From: Mobula birostris
Taxonomy: Eukaryota
Length of the DNA: 64,000 nucleotides
NCBI RefSeq assembly: GCF_030028105.1
Contig: NC_092382.1
Span: forward strand, 62,420,125-62,484,124
Direction: 5' to 3'
Below are positions 51,981-64,000 of this stretch, piece by piece. Numbering within the stretch: position 1 is the stretch's first letter; each line of letters opens with the position of its first letter. Under the pieces are notes generated by a model. That model was not told where the DNA came from. It was given only the letters and a program-made list of their open reading frames with translations, and ran no database searches. A program made the position numbers and the translations under genes.

Positions 51981-53159
51981 CAACTCAATGACGGTGTTTG
52001 TGAATTACGTCACACTGCTTCCATTATGGATCATTTGTGCCATTTTCCACCATGAGCATTACCTACAATTGAATCTGAGGGTAGGGCCTGTGGTGGCGGA
52101 GGGGAGAATCGATGTCGCATCGCCCTCAGTGTTGCGATCACTGCACAGTCACTGTACAGTCTCCTTTTGACTCGAGTCCTCTGTTCCCGGCAACCAAATC
52201 CGTGAATCATTTCTGCGCCTTTCTAGATTAATCACGTCTTCCTGAGACAAGCGACCAGAGATGTGCACCGAACTCCAGCTGTGGTCTCACCGACATGGAA
52301 AAGTACAGTCGGCCCTTATGCTCAGTGCATTGTTCTGAACTAACCGAACTGGCAATGCCATGGCTAACTACGGCCATTCCTTCTGCCTGCACAAGGCGCA
52401 TATCCTTCCATTTTCACATATTCATGTAGTATCTGAGAACCTCCATCGAATCCGTCTTCACCATCACATTTGGCTTTCCTTCCACCACAACGAGAATAAA
52501 AAAAAACCCGTGAAGGACCTCTCCTTTAAACATTCTGAGTCATCTATAACATCACTGCCTTGCATAATTTGTTTTATTACAGCAGCAGTGTACGGAAATG
52601 ATACAAAATTACTCTAGATAAATAAATAAATAGATCGATAGGTAAATAAATAGATAGATAAATAGATAAATACATACATACATACACAGATGCACAGATA
52701 GATAGATAATGCGGAAAAGGTCCAAAAGACTCTCGACCGGAACTGTCAACTGCACTTTTTTTTTCCCATAGTTACTGCCCGGCCTTCTGAGTCCTTCTGG
52801 CATTTTGCGTGTGTTTCTCTGGATTTCCAGCATCTGCAGATTTCTCTTGTATGTGATGTGGTTTCCCCTTTCACTTTAAATGCATGCCCTCTGGTATTAG
52901 ACATTTCTTCCTTCGGGGAAAATTGATGCCGTCTGCCCAGTCTGTCTCTGCATCCCATATTCCCATATTTTCATCTGTGTGGTCTTTCTCAGCCTCTGCT
53001 ACACTGGAGAAAATGTCCCTAGATTGCCCATTCTCCCCTTATCCAGGAAGCATCCCCTTAAGCCTCTTCTACTCACCATCCAAAGCATCCCCATTCTTCC
53101 TCTGATAGAGTACAATAGGGCCGGATGCGGTTCAAGGAAGGAATTATAAAACTGCAACG

Positions 53160-53850
53160 GAGGGAGAAGATGGCGGCGCGACGGCAGAGCGCGCGGCCTC
53201 TTTGGTGAAGAATATCTGTTATCTGTCAAGTAGGGGACCGTGCACAATCCTGATTTGATGGAGACACCTGATTTGGTGAGAGAACAGCGGAACATCTGGA
53301 AAACTTCTGAAATGCCACTTTGCTGCCGCTGCTACTGTGTGGCAACCGGAATCTCCGGAACTGAAGGCCCCGAAATCCTCGGCTGTATGTGTTTCAGCGA
53401 CCGGGGAGAGGTCGAAGGCGCTCGGTAGAGGATGGCGCTCGGGAGGCGATATCAGAGAGGCTGCTCGGAAGATCGGAGTTTTCGGACGGATAGACTCAAT
53501 GTCGGCTGGGTTCGGCCGCTTCCAAGGTATCGGCAAGTTGACTGTGCCTGGAGGTTTATGGCAGGGAGTTTCTCCCTTTTGACGCTTGCTATCGGGGACT
53601 CGGGAGTCGATTGACTAGAGATTTTGAGACTTTTTTTTTACTGTGCCCATGGTTTCTTCTTTATCAAATTATGGTATTGCTTGGCACTGCTGCAACAATA
53701 TGTTATAATTACGTGGTTCTGTCAGTGTTAGTCTTTGGTCTGTCCTGTTTTCTGTGATATCACTCCGGAGAAACATTGCATCATTTCCTAATGCATGTAT
53801 GCATTTCTAAATGACAATAAAAGAGGACTGAGTGTTCTCATAATCTAACT
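53160..53850 (+). mobile_element. Probable non-autonomous LINE/SINE-like element
   Basis: CpG-rich head starting AAGATGGCGGCG, AT-rich tail ending ATGACAATAAA, similar to the L2 tail at ~47650. No ORF. Confidence 0.45.
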
Positions 53851-55072
53851 ACCTGACACCGGAACTCAGTGTCGCGACTATTGAAAGCAATCGATCCCAT
53901 GATCCCATGCAGCCACTCTCAGGGAGCTATGAACTAGATCACAAGATCCCTCTGTAGATTAACCCTAGACATCAACACAATCCAATCTCACCCCATAACA
54001 CGTACCCAACAATCCCGGTAAATCTCCTCTGCAGTCTTCCAGCACAAAATATATTTTCTCCCAAATGCTAGCCAGAACAGAATGCATAATGTCAAGAAAC
54101 TTAGCAGGTCAGCCAGCATTTACTGAGATATATACAGCCGATATTTCGGACGCGATACTTCCCGTTCACACGGGCCCTTCGGCCCAGCCCTTCTATGCGG
54201 ATCTAAACTCGTTTCATCTGCCTACGTCTGAGCCATTTCCTCTGTAAAAGGAATCAGCTTGAGTGTACATCTCAATCACTTTGGCACATGGGCTGAAGGG
54301 TATTTCCCCCACTGAAAGAGTCTGTGACTAAACTTTTAACATCCTGTACGTATCCAAAATGCCTTTTAAATTTGTACCGCACCAGTAAGGAGATCATATC
54401 CGGTCTCTTAAAGGGCATTAAGGTGGATAATCTTCCAGAGCCTCGGGAGCTACACTGCACATTATTGAGAGATCCAGTAATTGAGATTACTGGGGACGTC
54501 AGCACTACATTTGTGTTCTTCATAGCCACAAGCAAAATCCCATAAAGCCAGTGATAAAAGTTATTATAACATTTAAGAAGCCGGGTGGATAAACCTAGAA
54601 CATAAAGACCCACCTCACTTCAGGGATATGTACTTTACTGGAGAGGATCCTGTGGGCTGGGATGTAGCGTTATCGATCTGGACAGTCGTTCTCCATGTCG
54701 GTTCCTTTCAATGCGATCAGCAGCAGCTCTGCACAAAGCGCAACAAACCTTTCCATTTGGAAGTACTTGTGTGTGTGTATCTGATACCGACCTCTTGAGC
54801 AGAGAGCGGGAATATAATCGGTGAGAGATGGACATACCTTCGCCCCTCCCCACATATCAAACACCCCTACACCACTTCCCATATCCTCTACCCGCCTCCA
54901 CAATCCTCCCCATCTCCGTCACCCCTACATCCCCTACGCCGCCATCCGTCTCTGTGAACTGCTCTCTCCGGTTTACAGTTCAGGCCCTCCGTCAATCCTC
55001 CACCCGCTGCACACTTTACCGTATCTGTCTCACCCTCCCATCCCTGCAAACAACCCCCCCCCCCCCCGCCGT

Positions 55073-56285
55073 AAACACAAAATACTCTGCAGATTCTGGG
55101 GTCAAAGCAACAATCACAACACGCTGGAGAAACCCAGCAGGTCGGGCAGAATCCGTGAAAACGATCAGTCAACGTTTCGGGCCGGAACCCTTTGTCAAGA
55201 CTTTAGAGGGAAGGGGCAGGGGCCCTATTAAGAAAGTAGGGGGAGGGTGAGAAGGAGAAGGCTGGTAGGTTCCAGGTGAAAAACCAGTAAGGGGAAAGAT
55301 AAAGGGGTGGGGGAGGGGGGTTAGGGAGGGGATAGTCAGGAAAGGTGAAGAAGGAATAGGGGAAAGCACAATGGGTAGTAGGAGGAGGCGAAACCATGAG
55401 GGAGGTAATAGGCAGCTGGAGGAGGGAGTAGAGTGAAACTAGGATGGGGGAAGGGAGGGGGAGGGAATTAACAGAAGTTGGTGAATTCAATATTCATGCC
55501 AAGGGGCTGGAGACTACCCAGATGGTACATGAGGTGTTGCTCCTCCAACCTGAGTTTAGCCTCATCATGGCAGTAGAGGAGGCCGTGTATGGACATATCC
55601 GAATGGGAATGGGAAGCAGAGTTGAAGTGGGTGGCGACAGGGAGATCCTGTCTTTTTTGGCGACGGAGCGGAGGTGCTCGACGAAGTGGCCCCCCAATCA
55701 CCGATGTAGAGGAGGCCGCACCGGGAGCACCGGATAAAATAGATGACCCCAACAGACTCACAAGTAAAGCGTTGCCTTACCTGGAAGGACTGTTTGGGGC
55801 CCTGAATGGTGGCAAGAGAGGAGGTGTAGGGACACGTCTAGCGCTTACGCTTACAGAGATAAGTGCCGGGTGGGAGATCGGTGGGGAGGGACGTGTGGAC
55901 CAGGGAGTCGCGGAGGGAAATATCTCTGTGGGAAGCAGAGAAGGGTGTAAAGGGAAAGGTGTGCTTAGTGGTAGGGTCCTGTTGAAGGTGGCGGAAGTTG
56001 CTGGATCCGGAGGCTACTGGGGTAGTAGGTGAGGACAAAGAGAACTCTTTTCCTGTTGTGGTGGCGGGAGGGTGGGGTGAGGGCCGAAATGCGGGAAATG
56101 GAGGAGATGAGGGTGAGGGCATCATTGATGACGGTAGAAGGGAAACCACGATCCTTAAAGAAAGAGGAGATTTTAGATGTCCTGGAACAGAAAACCTCAT
56201 CCTGGGAGGAGATGCGGCTGAGACAGAGGAACTGGGAATAGGGAATGGCATTTTTGCATGTGGTGGGGTGGGAAGAGGTATACAA
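55073..56285 (-). mobile_element. Penelope-like element 3' half (RT C-terminus, GIY-YIG endonuclease, terminal repeat)
   Basis: YTSSHPTTCKNAIPYSQFL, FVEHLRSV and LPVATHFNSASHSHSDMSIHGL...RLEEQHLMYHLGSLQPLGMNIEF motifs. Confidence 0.88.
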
Positions 56286-56929
56286 CCTCCCGTCTCCGTC
56301 ACCCCATCCTCCTCTACGCCGACACCGTCTCCGACCACCCCTCTGTCCCCTATACAGTTCCCACTCCCCGTCATCCCCTCCCTTCCCGAGACACGTTACC
56401 GCGTTCGTCACTCCCTCGCTCCAGTTTACTCGTCTCTGCGCTGAACTAAGACGACAGTGATGACTGTCTCGTGGCTATGGACGCTCGTGCACTGTAGTTC
56501 TTTGGTGTTTGATAATCTTTGATTTGCCGAGAGTTTGGTATTATGCCCAAATATCGGTACTGTGGACAGTTAGAAGATGAGATGTTGTTCCTCTAAATTG
56601 TTTTGAGCTGTGACAAAGTTTTAAATCAGAGATCACCATGGAGGCTAAAATTATCTCAGCTGAAATGTCCTTCACCCATTTGGCGTGCTCTGCAAACTTT
56701 TAACAGTGTAGAAAAGTCAAAAGATTTGTGTATGGGAATCACAAACACAACAGCACGTTAGTTCCGCTGTTTCTGTCAGTTCACCAGCGCTTGAATGCCG
56801 CCGATCCTTGAATGTGGAGGTGGAGATGCTGGAGAAGACAGCGCCCCACTCGCTACAAGGAGAGCCCGATCACGTGTCCATGTCCGTGATCTGATTGGAT
56901 ACATTGCCATGACGTTGATAGCAGTGTGA

Positions 56930-57160
56930 TGTCATTCACCGTCTCTCATTTTGGAAGGGATTCAGTCGGCCATCGCAGATACACCAGCAGCTTCGCACTG
57001 GAAAGCGGCCGTTCACCTGCTCCGTGTGTGCGAAGAGACTCATTCAATTAACCCACCTTGTGATGCTCCGGTGAGTTCACAATAAATAGAGGCCACATTT
57101 CTGTCCGGAGTGAACAAAGAGTGAGCACCACCAGCAACTTCACATTAGGGAGGAAGTTCA
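56930..57160 (+). pseudogene. Decayed C2H2 zinc-finger array fragment
   Basis: From 56997: [31 protein letters not shown], with TGERPF-type linkers and stops. Preceded by a GKGFS-like remnant. Confidence 0.7.
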
Positions 57161-57728
57161 AATCTGCTCTGTTGAATGTTTAACCACCACGGTGACTGAA
57201 GTCAGCTGTAGGTTTATGAGGGACTGTTACCGTCAGTTTCTGCAGTTCTTGCGGCTGTTCATCGCACCCAGGACTGAACCCTGGTCACTGAGCATTGGAG
57301 GAGGCTGTTCTGCTGACGTTCGCCTGAAACTAGACTGGTGTATAATATAGTGGATCTGTGAAAATTTATCAGTTCTGTATGAAATCCAGTGTCTCAGGTA
57401 CTTACACTCTCTACCACACTCACAATGTATACTAGAGAGGCCACTCGGCCCATCTGCTCCCTGCCCATTTTTCTGTTCCATATCAGTATATCAAACTTAG
57501 TCCCTGCCGTTCCCCTCTCACTCTCCCTGTGATTACAGTTTACAACAAGTCACCACTCCGTTGGATAGGAGATTTCCCTTGACTTTCACAGAATCATAGA
57601 AATCTATAGCATATTAGAGACACTTTGGCCCACAAAGTTGTGCCAACCATTTAACTTACTCTAGAAACTGGCTGCAATTACCGTACCGCATAGCCCTCTA
57701 TTTTCCTAAGCTCCAAGTACCTATCTTT

Positions 57729-58260
57729 TTGTGTTCGTCCATCGTCGGCGTCGATGAGGACCTTGACACCAATATGATAGTGTCGAGACTAGTGTATGGT
57801 TTGGATTTAGGAAAGGGATTATTGCACAGTGTCATCCTCACCCTCTCTTCCCAATTCCCATCTGGGTCCAGTGGCAAGACAGAGCCTAGACGGCTGGAGA
57901 TGGCACTAGGCACAGTGGATGACCAGGACGTCTCCTGTGTCTTGTCCTGCTCTACACGTTCCACGACGCTTGCAGAGACCGCCTTCCTGACCCTTGGACC
58001 TTCCATTGGTCTCGTCTGCTCAATCCGCCGGAGTCTGTCTTCACATGCTGGGATAGACAACTCCCTATCTCACCGAGAGTTTGAGACCTGTCGGCTACCC
58101 TCACCTGGTTTAGCCGGCTTGTCGAAGCCGTTGCCCGGGGTGTGGCCGCTGTCGCATGCAAACAGCTACGGGGAGCCACAGGTGAGAGCTGAGTGCCAGG
58201 TGGGGATCAAAGTTGGACTAACCGACTTAAAAAGGACGCGACATGTTCCTCCACCAGAGA
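57729..58260. mobile_element. Unclassified interspersed repeat (possibly RTE-type) between CR1 pieces
   Basis: Compositionally distinct block separating a CR1 3' end (~57590-57725) from a CR1 endonuclease fragment (~58290 onward). Confidence 0.35.
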
Positions 58261-58289
58261 TGCTACCCCTCCCTGATACCCCATACATC

Positions 58290-59530
58290 CCTAATACTAG
58301 ATCTAGAATGGCATTCCCCCTAGTCGGCCTGTCAACGTGCTGTGACAGCAATCCTACCTGCACACACTTAACAAACTCTGCCCCGTCTAAGCTATTGGAA
58401 CTAATCAGGTGCCAATGAATATCACGGAAGTTAAAGTCAGCTATGATAACAACCCTGTTATTTTGCACCTTTCCAAAATCTGCCTCCCAATCTGCTCCTC
58501 GGTATTTCTGCTGCCTCCACGGGGCCTATAGAACATACCCAATAGAGTAACTGCTCCCTTCCTGTTTCTGACTTCTACCCATGCTGACTCAAAAGAAGAC
58601 CCTGCTATATTACCCACCCTTTCAGCAGTTATACTAGTATCCTTGATCAGTAATGCCACTCTCCCCCTCCCTCCCCCATCCCATTTAAAGCACTGATATC
58701 CAGGAATATTGAGAATCCATTCCTGCCCTGGTGCCAGCCAAGTCTCTGTAATGGCCACTATATCATAATTCCATGTATGTATCCAAGCTCTCAGTTCATC
58801 ACCTTTGTTCCTGATGCTTTTTCCTTTGAAGTACACACACTTTAGCCCTTCTACCTGAGTACCTTTACACCCTTTATTCTGTTTCTCTTTCCTCAAAGCC
58901 TCTTTGTATGTTAGATCCGGCTTTATTCCATGCACTATACTTGCAATTCTCGCATGACCTTTATCTTCCTCCACCTCACTACCTGCTCTAACACTCTAGT
59001 TCCCTTCCTCTTGCAAATCTAGTTTAAACCACCCGGAGCAGCTCTAGCAAACCTTCCCACAAGGATATTAGTCGCCCTCCAGTTCAGGTGCAACACGTCC
59101 CGTCGGAATAGGTCCCACCTTCCCTGGAACAAGGCCCAATTGTCCAGAAATATGAAGCCCTCCCTCCTGCATCAACTCCTTAGTCACGTATTTAGCTGCA
59201 TTATCTTCCTATTCCTAGCCTCACTAGCACGTAGCATGGGTAGCTATCCTGAGATTGCAACCCGAAGTTCCTGTTCTTCAACATTGCAACTAACTTCCTA
59301 AACTCTCTTTGCATGATCTCCTCTTTTTTTCTATCCACGTCATTGGTCCCTACATGGATCACGACATCTGGTTGCTCGCCCTCCCTCTTGAGAATACTGA
59401 GAACTCGATCCGAGAAATCGCGGACCCTGGCACCGGGGAGACAACAGACCGTCTAGGATTCTGGATCTCTTCCACAGAACCTCTTACCTATCCCCCTAAC
59501 TATCGAATCCGCTATCACTACTGCTCCCCT
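58290..59530 (-). mobile_element. CR1 fragment (ORF1 esterase and ORF2 endonuclease)
   Basis: VVIADSIVRG, YDIVAITETWL, MFYRP, ADFNF and PTRGNAILDLVLG motifs. Confidence 0.88.
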
Positions 59531-59587
59531 CGTTTCAAAGTTGCTGGTGAACGCAGCAGGCCAAGCAGCATCTGTAGGAAGAGGTGC

Positions 59588-59623
59588 AGTCGACGTTTCA
59601 GGCCGAGACCCTTCGTCAGGACT
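59588..59623 (-). ncRNA. Minimal type I hammerhead ribozyme motif in a Penelope-derived terminal repeat
   Basis: Minus strand reads AGTC-CTGACGA-AGG(GTCTCGG)CCT-GAAA-C-GTC-GACT: stem I AGTC/GACT, CUGANGA and GAAA cores, stem II AGG/CCT, palindromic ACGT stem III, GUC cleavage triplet. Confidence 0.75.
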
Positions 59624-59965
59624 AACTGAAGGAACTGATGTAAATAAGAAATAAGATAACAATTAATATGAAGTCAGTATCAATCACTTGAGTTGTGGAG
59701 CCCTTTGATGTGAGCTCATTGTTCGGGTGAGTGCAATTATTCCCCTCTAATTCAAAAGCCTGATCATTTAGGAAGAAAAGCTATTCCTAAACCTAGTGCT
59801 GTGGGAATTGACGTTCCTGAAACTCCTTCCTGAAGGCAGCGTCCTTAAACAAGCATCACCTGGACAATGCGCGTTTTCATGATGAATGCTGTTTTCCTGT
59901 GACATCCCTCCTTGTAGGTGTTCTTAGTGGTGGGGAGGACTTTACCTATGACAGACTATCTTTAT

Positions 59966-60786
59966 TGTCATGTGCCCCGTGACGGGTTAAATAACCAGCA
60001 GAAATAGAAAACACTTTGGAGTCCGGTATTGCTATTAACTAATGATATTTGTTAGTAACTACGCAATACAGTAATATAAATGCAGGTAAATCAAACAAGT
60101 TAGCAATGATTACATATAAGTAAGTGTGCAATGTATATGAAAACAAAGCTTCTTCAAGTCTACTGGTAAATAAATAGTCTTACGATAATGAGTAAAGTTC
60201 AGTTCAGTTCGTGGTATTGAGTTGAGTAGTGATGGAGAGAGAGAGAGAGAAACAGGGAGAGATTTGAATTGTCAGGCGAACTGACGCCGTCGATCTTCCC
60301 GTTGTCCTCCGAAATCCTTTAAAAGTCATCGACTGTGACCGCAACAAAGGGGGCCGTTCTTCTGATGTGGAATCATCATCCCAGGGAAGAGTTGGCCACA
60401 TGGACAACTCCCCACCAGTCACTCCCTTTTCACACTGTAAGAGCCACCGATCGATCCGCCTGATCGATCCTCCAAAAAAAAAACACTTTCTTTCTGTGAG
60501 CACAACGACAAAGAAATAGATACGTGGTGAGACTTTAATCTCTTCCAGGGAAGATGACCGTTGGCTCTCAAAGAGCTCATCCACTCTTTGTAAGGCCTTG
60601 TTTTTTTTAGTCCTGCTGGGTGTTCGCACACCCTCCTCGCCAGACTAAGTCCGGTGGTGGAGCCGGCCAAGTCGCTGACAACTCGACCACGGCCCCCGGC
60701 CGAGCACCGGGCGCCCGCACCCGCCGAATCTCTCCGAGCGTGATGACAAGTTAAACTACATCTTTCCCTGCATGTGGTCTGTGACA
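59966..60786 (-). mobile_element. Solo LTR related to the Gmr1-type LTRs
   Basis: Reverse complement ends GACTCCAAAGTGTTTTCTATTTCTGCTGGTT...CGGGGCACATGACA, like the LTR 3' ends at 40988 and 46587. Also shares GAACTGAACT and (TC)n blocks. Far end approximate; no clean TSD. Confidence 0.65.
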
Positions 60787-61196
60787 TCCAGTGAACAAAA
60801 CCCAACGAGTTATTTACGACCTTAATGCTCTTTGATCACATTCCCTAACTATCATCCCTTTGAGAATATCACCATACACACTTCTTCCTCCATGTCCTAC
60901 TTCTTCATGAAGTCGAATGAATGCAAAGTATTTATTTGCTACCTCGCACGCCAATTCTGGCTCCGGGTATAAACTCACAATTTTATCATTGAGTGGTCCT
61001 GCGCTCTCTCCAGCATAATGTTAATTACAGTGTATGCATAAAATGCCTTGGGATTTCCGTTAATCCTCCTCACTCTAGTCATTTCCTCGTCACTATTCAG
61101 TCTCCCGAATCACAGAGTGATTGTATCGTTGGTTCCCTATGTTCCTTCGAGACCTAATATCAGCTTTTCATAATTTCAGATGTCCACAACATCTCC

Positions 61197-61199
<3 letters not shown>

Positions 61200-61264
<65 letters not shown>

Positions 61265-61277
61265 TTTCTCTCTCTCA
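61200..61277. repeat. (TC)n microsatellite
   Basis: Direct read of sequence. Confidence 0.95.
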
Positions 61278-61818
61278 GTCTCTGAAGTAAAGACAATGGA
61301 ATTTTGTCTTCATATGTAAATCAGTAAAATTGTGCTACTGGAACTAGTTCATGATGTCAGATAGGAGAACCTACAAGTTGAGAAAGAGGAAAAAACGAGG
61401 GTGAAAGAAAGGACCGGTAATGACGGGTGTAATGGTGGTTATTACCGACGGAAGTATACCCCATGATGAGGCAGTTCTGTTTGAACCAGGAAACAGGGGT
61501 AAATGATTCGCCACGACATTCAATGCAACCGGGGCGTGAGGTAAGGTGCAAAGTGGATCCCTCTGGGACGCTGTAAACAGTTGGGTTGTTACTCTAAGGC
61601 AACACACAAAGATCTTAATGGAGCTCAGCAGACCAGAGAGCAAATGTAGAAAAGAGTAAACTCTGATTCTGTGTGTGTTGTTTTCTATTTCAAGCATCTG
61701 CAGGTTTTCTCGTGTTTTAGTTTTATAGCTCCATGCATAACATGGTTTAAATTTACCCACAAGTGGCGGTACAGAATAAGAAACATGAAGGCAACTGAAT
61801 AACTTACAACATTTATTT

Positions 61819-62723
61819 CTAACGTCTAATGAGTTTCATAATCGGAATCAATGGGTATTTAAGAATATTTCTGAGCTCCTTTCGGAACTTTCTCTGCGTC
61901 AAGGCGTAAATAAAAGTGTTGGTGCAGGAACTCATAATCTGCAACATTCCCGATATCTCGTCTGTGATGTAACGGGGGTCAGTGACAGAATAATAAACAA
62001 ACGTCTTTGAAACCCGTTGATAGATGTAAAATACCACTCGTGTTACCCACAAGAATATAAAACTACCGGTTATACTAAAGAGCAAAATGATGGATTTGCG
62101 TCGGTTCCCCATCTCCTGGTCCTTGTCATTCTCTGCACACTTTCGTTCCCGGAGCCTCCTGCGGGCTCGACTGGCCACTAAAATCTGCCTGACAGTCCGA
62201 ATATTGAACAGCAAAATCAGAAAAAAAGGAACACAAGGGGTTAAAATATGGTAAATCATTGCAAATGCCGCCCATGAGGGAGACTTTTTGTAGCTTGATG
62301 TAAAAACACAATACCAGGGAACACCACCCATTATTACCAAAGGCTCGTACACAAAGCCCCAGGGGACACACTCCAAACTGGCCAGCACACTCACTGTGCA
62401 TACAACCACCGCCGCCGTTCTCTCGGTGCAATATTTTGTTTTCAGCTTCTCACAGCAAATAGCCACAAATCGATCGACAGTGAAAGCGACAGTCAGCCAG
62501 ACAGAGGTCGCAGTGCTCGAGAAAATTAACCATGTACCGAGTCTGCACAGAGGAGTGATGAACAGGAAAGATTGAGGGAAATAAATCCAAGCAGTCCACG
62601 TCAGCAGAGGTTGCGAGATGACGACCAGGAGATCGGCGGCGGCCATTCCCACCAGGTAACGAGTGACACATTTGGACAGACCGCACTTTCCCCGGGACAC
62701 TATCACAACCGCCAGCAGGTTCG
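61819..62723 (-). CDS. GPR139/GPR142-like GPCR paralog E, exon 2; exon 1 expected just beyond 64000
   Basis: Same 905-nt exon length and acceptor (ctcttccag at 62725-62724) as paralog B. Intron 62724-64000 is collinear with 8239-9600. Confidence 0.9.
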
Positions 62724-64000
62724 CTGGAAGAGAGACACAGAACAGCAAGTTTGAGAAATACTGAGCAGAAGCCAATGCAGCAGTGGGAGGGCATCCTGTA
62801 ATATTTCCATTTTATTGTTGCATTTATTGGTGGAACGGTCTAAAGAGGGGCAGAGAAGGACTTCACACAGTAAAGTAAAGTCACTATTATCTGTGTACGG
62901 ATCCCTTACTGATGACCGAAATGTGAAGTAGCCAACGGAAAGCTAAAGCTGTGCAATCACATCCACATTGTCCATACTGGATGGAGGATTTTCTCCTGGT
63001 CTCATTAGCATGAAATGAATAAATCCGGACTCTGATTGCGGCATTCTTCCATTAGACAATCATCAACTTCCATGGCGCTCCCTGCCAGCTACAGGACAGC
63101 GGAAGGATAGAAACAATCTGGAAATGCTAGAAATACTCATCCAGGAAGAACAGAATATGTGGAAAACCGCAAAAAGTGTCTCGTCTCAGAAATGCTCTGA
63201 GAGAGGCCACTGACACCTCTGTGAAGTTATCTCTTTCCATTTCAGCTGAATGACGCTTAATGCTTCCAGCTTTCTCCGTATTTCCTATTCCAGCATCTGC
63301 CACCTCCCTGACTTCACAACAAAACACTGGCTGATGCCATAATTACAGCGCGATCTGAAAGAACCTGAAAGACAGATGTGAAACCAGCACAGAGAACAGG
63401 GGAAAGGAATTCATCGTCAAGTAACTGACGCTGTAGATATAATAGAAAACATTTCGCAGAATTAATAACTATGAAGAGACAAGTCGGTTATGGTAAATGG
63501 GTCAGCAACGACTTCACTGTGTTGTCCATCACCTGCTTCACATTCAGTCACAGCGCACACTATAATTAAAAATCCACAAGTTTCACGCTACAAGATGGAA
63601 CTGCTCGCAAATGTTACAACCAGTCGATGGTTTGATTATTATACCTCACGCAACCGCTCACATACAAATGCACACAATCGATCTTTTTAACCTCCTGCGG
63701 TTGTTACAAACACAATATTTGCAATATTAATGTAACCGCTACCAAACCAAAAGCATAGACACCCGAACAGGAACACTATTGAACAAAAGCAGCTGAGAAA
63801 ACTCTGCCTGACCCGTGAATTCCATAGATATTAGCGGAACCGCTGAATTCCAGCAGCGGTTTGTTTACAGATCCAGATCGCAAAATCCACATTTCCTCTG
63901 TTTCCATTCCATTCCAGAAATGTGGTAGACTTGGACTGGACATGTGGCGGCAGAATCCAGCGACAGAAAGAATTACAACATTGGAATTCAACTTCAGTCC

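Noticed and set aside
57729-58418. 229 aa plus-strand ORF
   Set aside because: Spans a junction between two repeats, partly antisense to a CR1 endonuclease. No domain recognisable.

Overview
Eukaryotic, repeat-dense genomic DNA, most likely from a cartilaginous fish (elasmobranch). This assignment is inferred from the receptor family and from the CR1/Penelope/Tc1/hAT repeat mix. The only host protein-coding content is a tandem cluster of five paralogous two-exon class A GPCR genes resembling GPR139/GPR142. Three are complete in the window: join 9704-9635,8238-7334 (-); join 22930-22861,21664-20733 (-); and join 49204-49279,50088-50995 (+). Two are cut by the window edges: exon 1 only at 633-564, and exon 2 only at 62723-61819. 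The ORF track misses the 70-76 nt first exons. I located them by their phase-1 GT/AG junctions, which split TM1 at the same position in every copy. The rest is mostly transposable-element sequence: a near-full-length CR1 LINE and many CR1/L2 fragments, a Gmr1-type Gypsy element (integrase upstream of RT, SCAN-like Gag) whose two ends appear to come from different insertions, solo LTRs, Tc1 and hAT elements, and Penelope-like elements carrying minimal hammerhead-ribozyme motifs. There is also an ERV pol scrap and a decayed C2H2 zinc-finger relic. The best candidate for an under-described system is the expanded GPR139-like array with a shared TATA-proximal promoter module, possibly a chemosensory or metabolite-sensing receptor repertoire.
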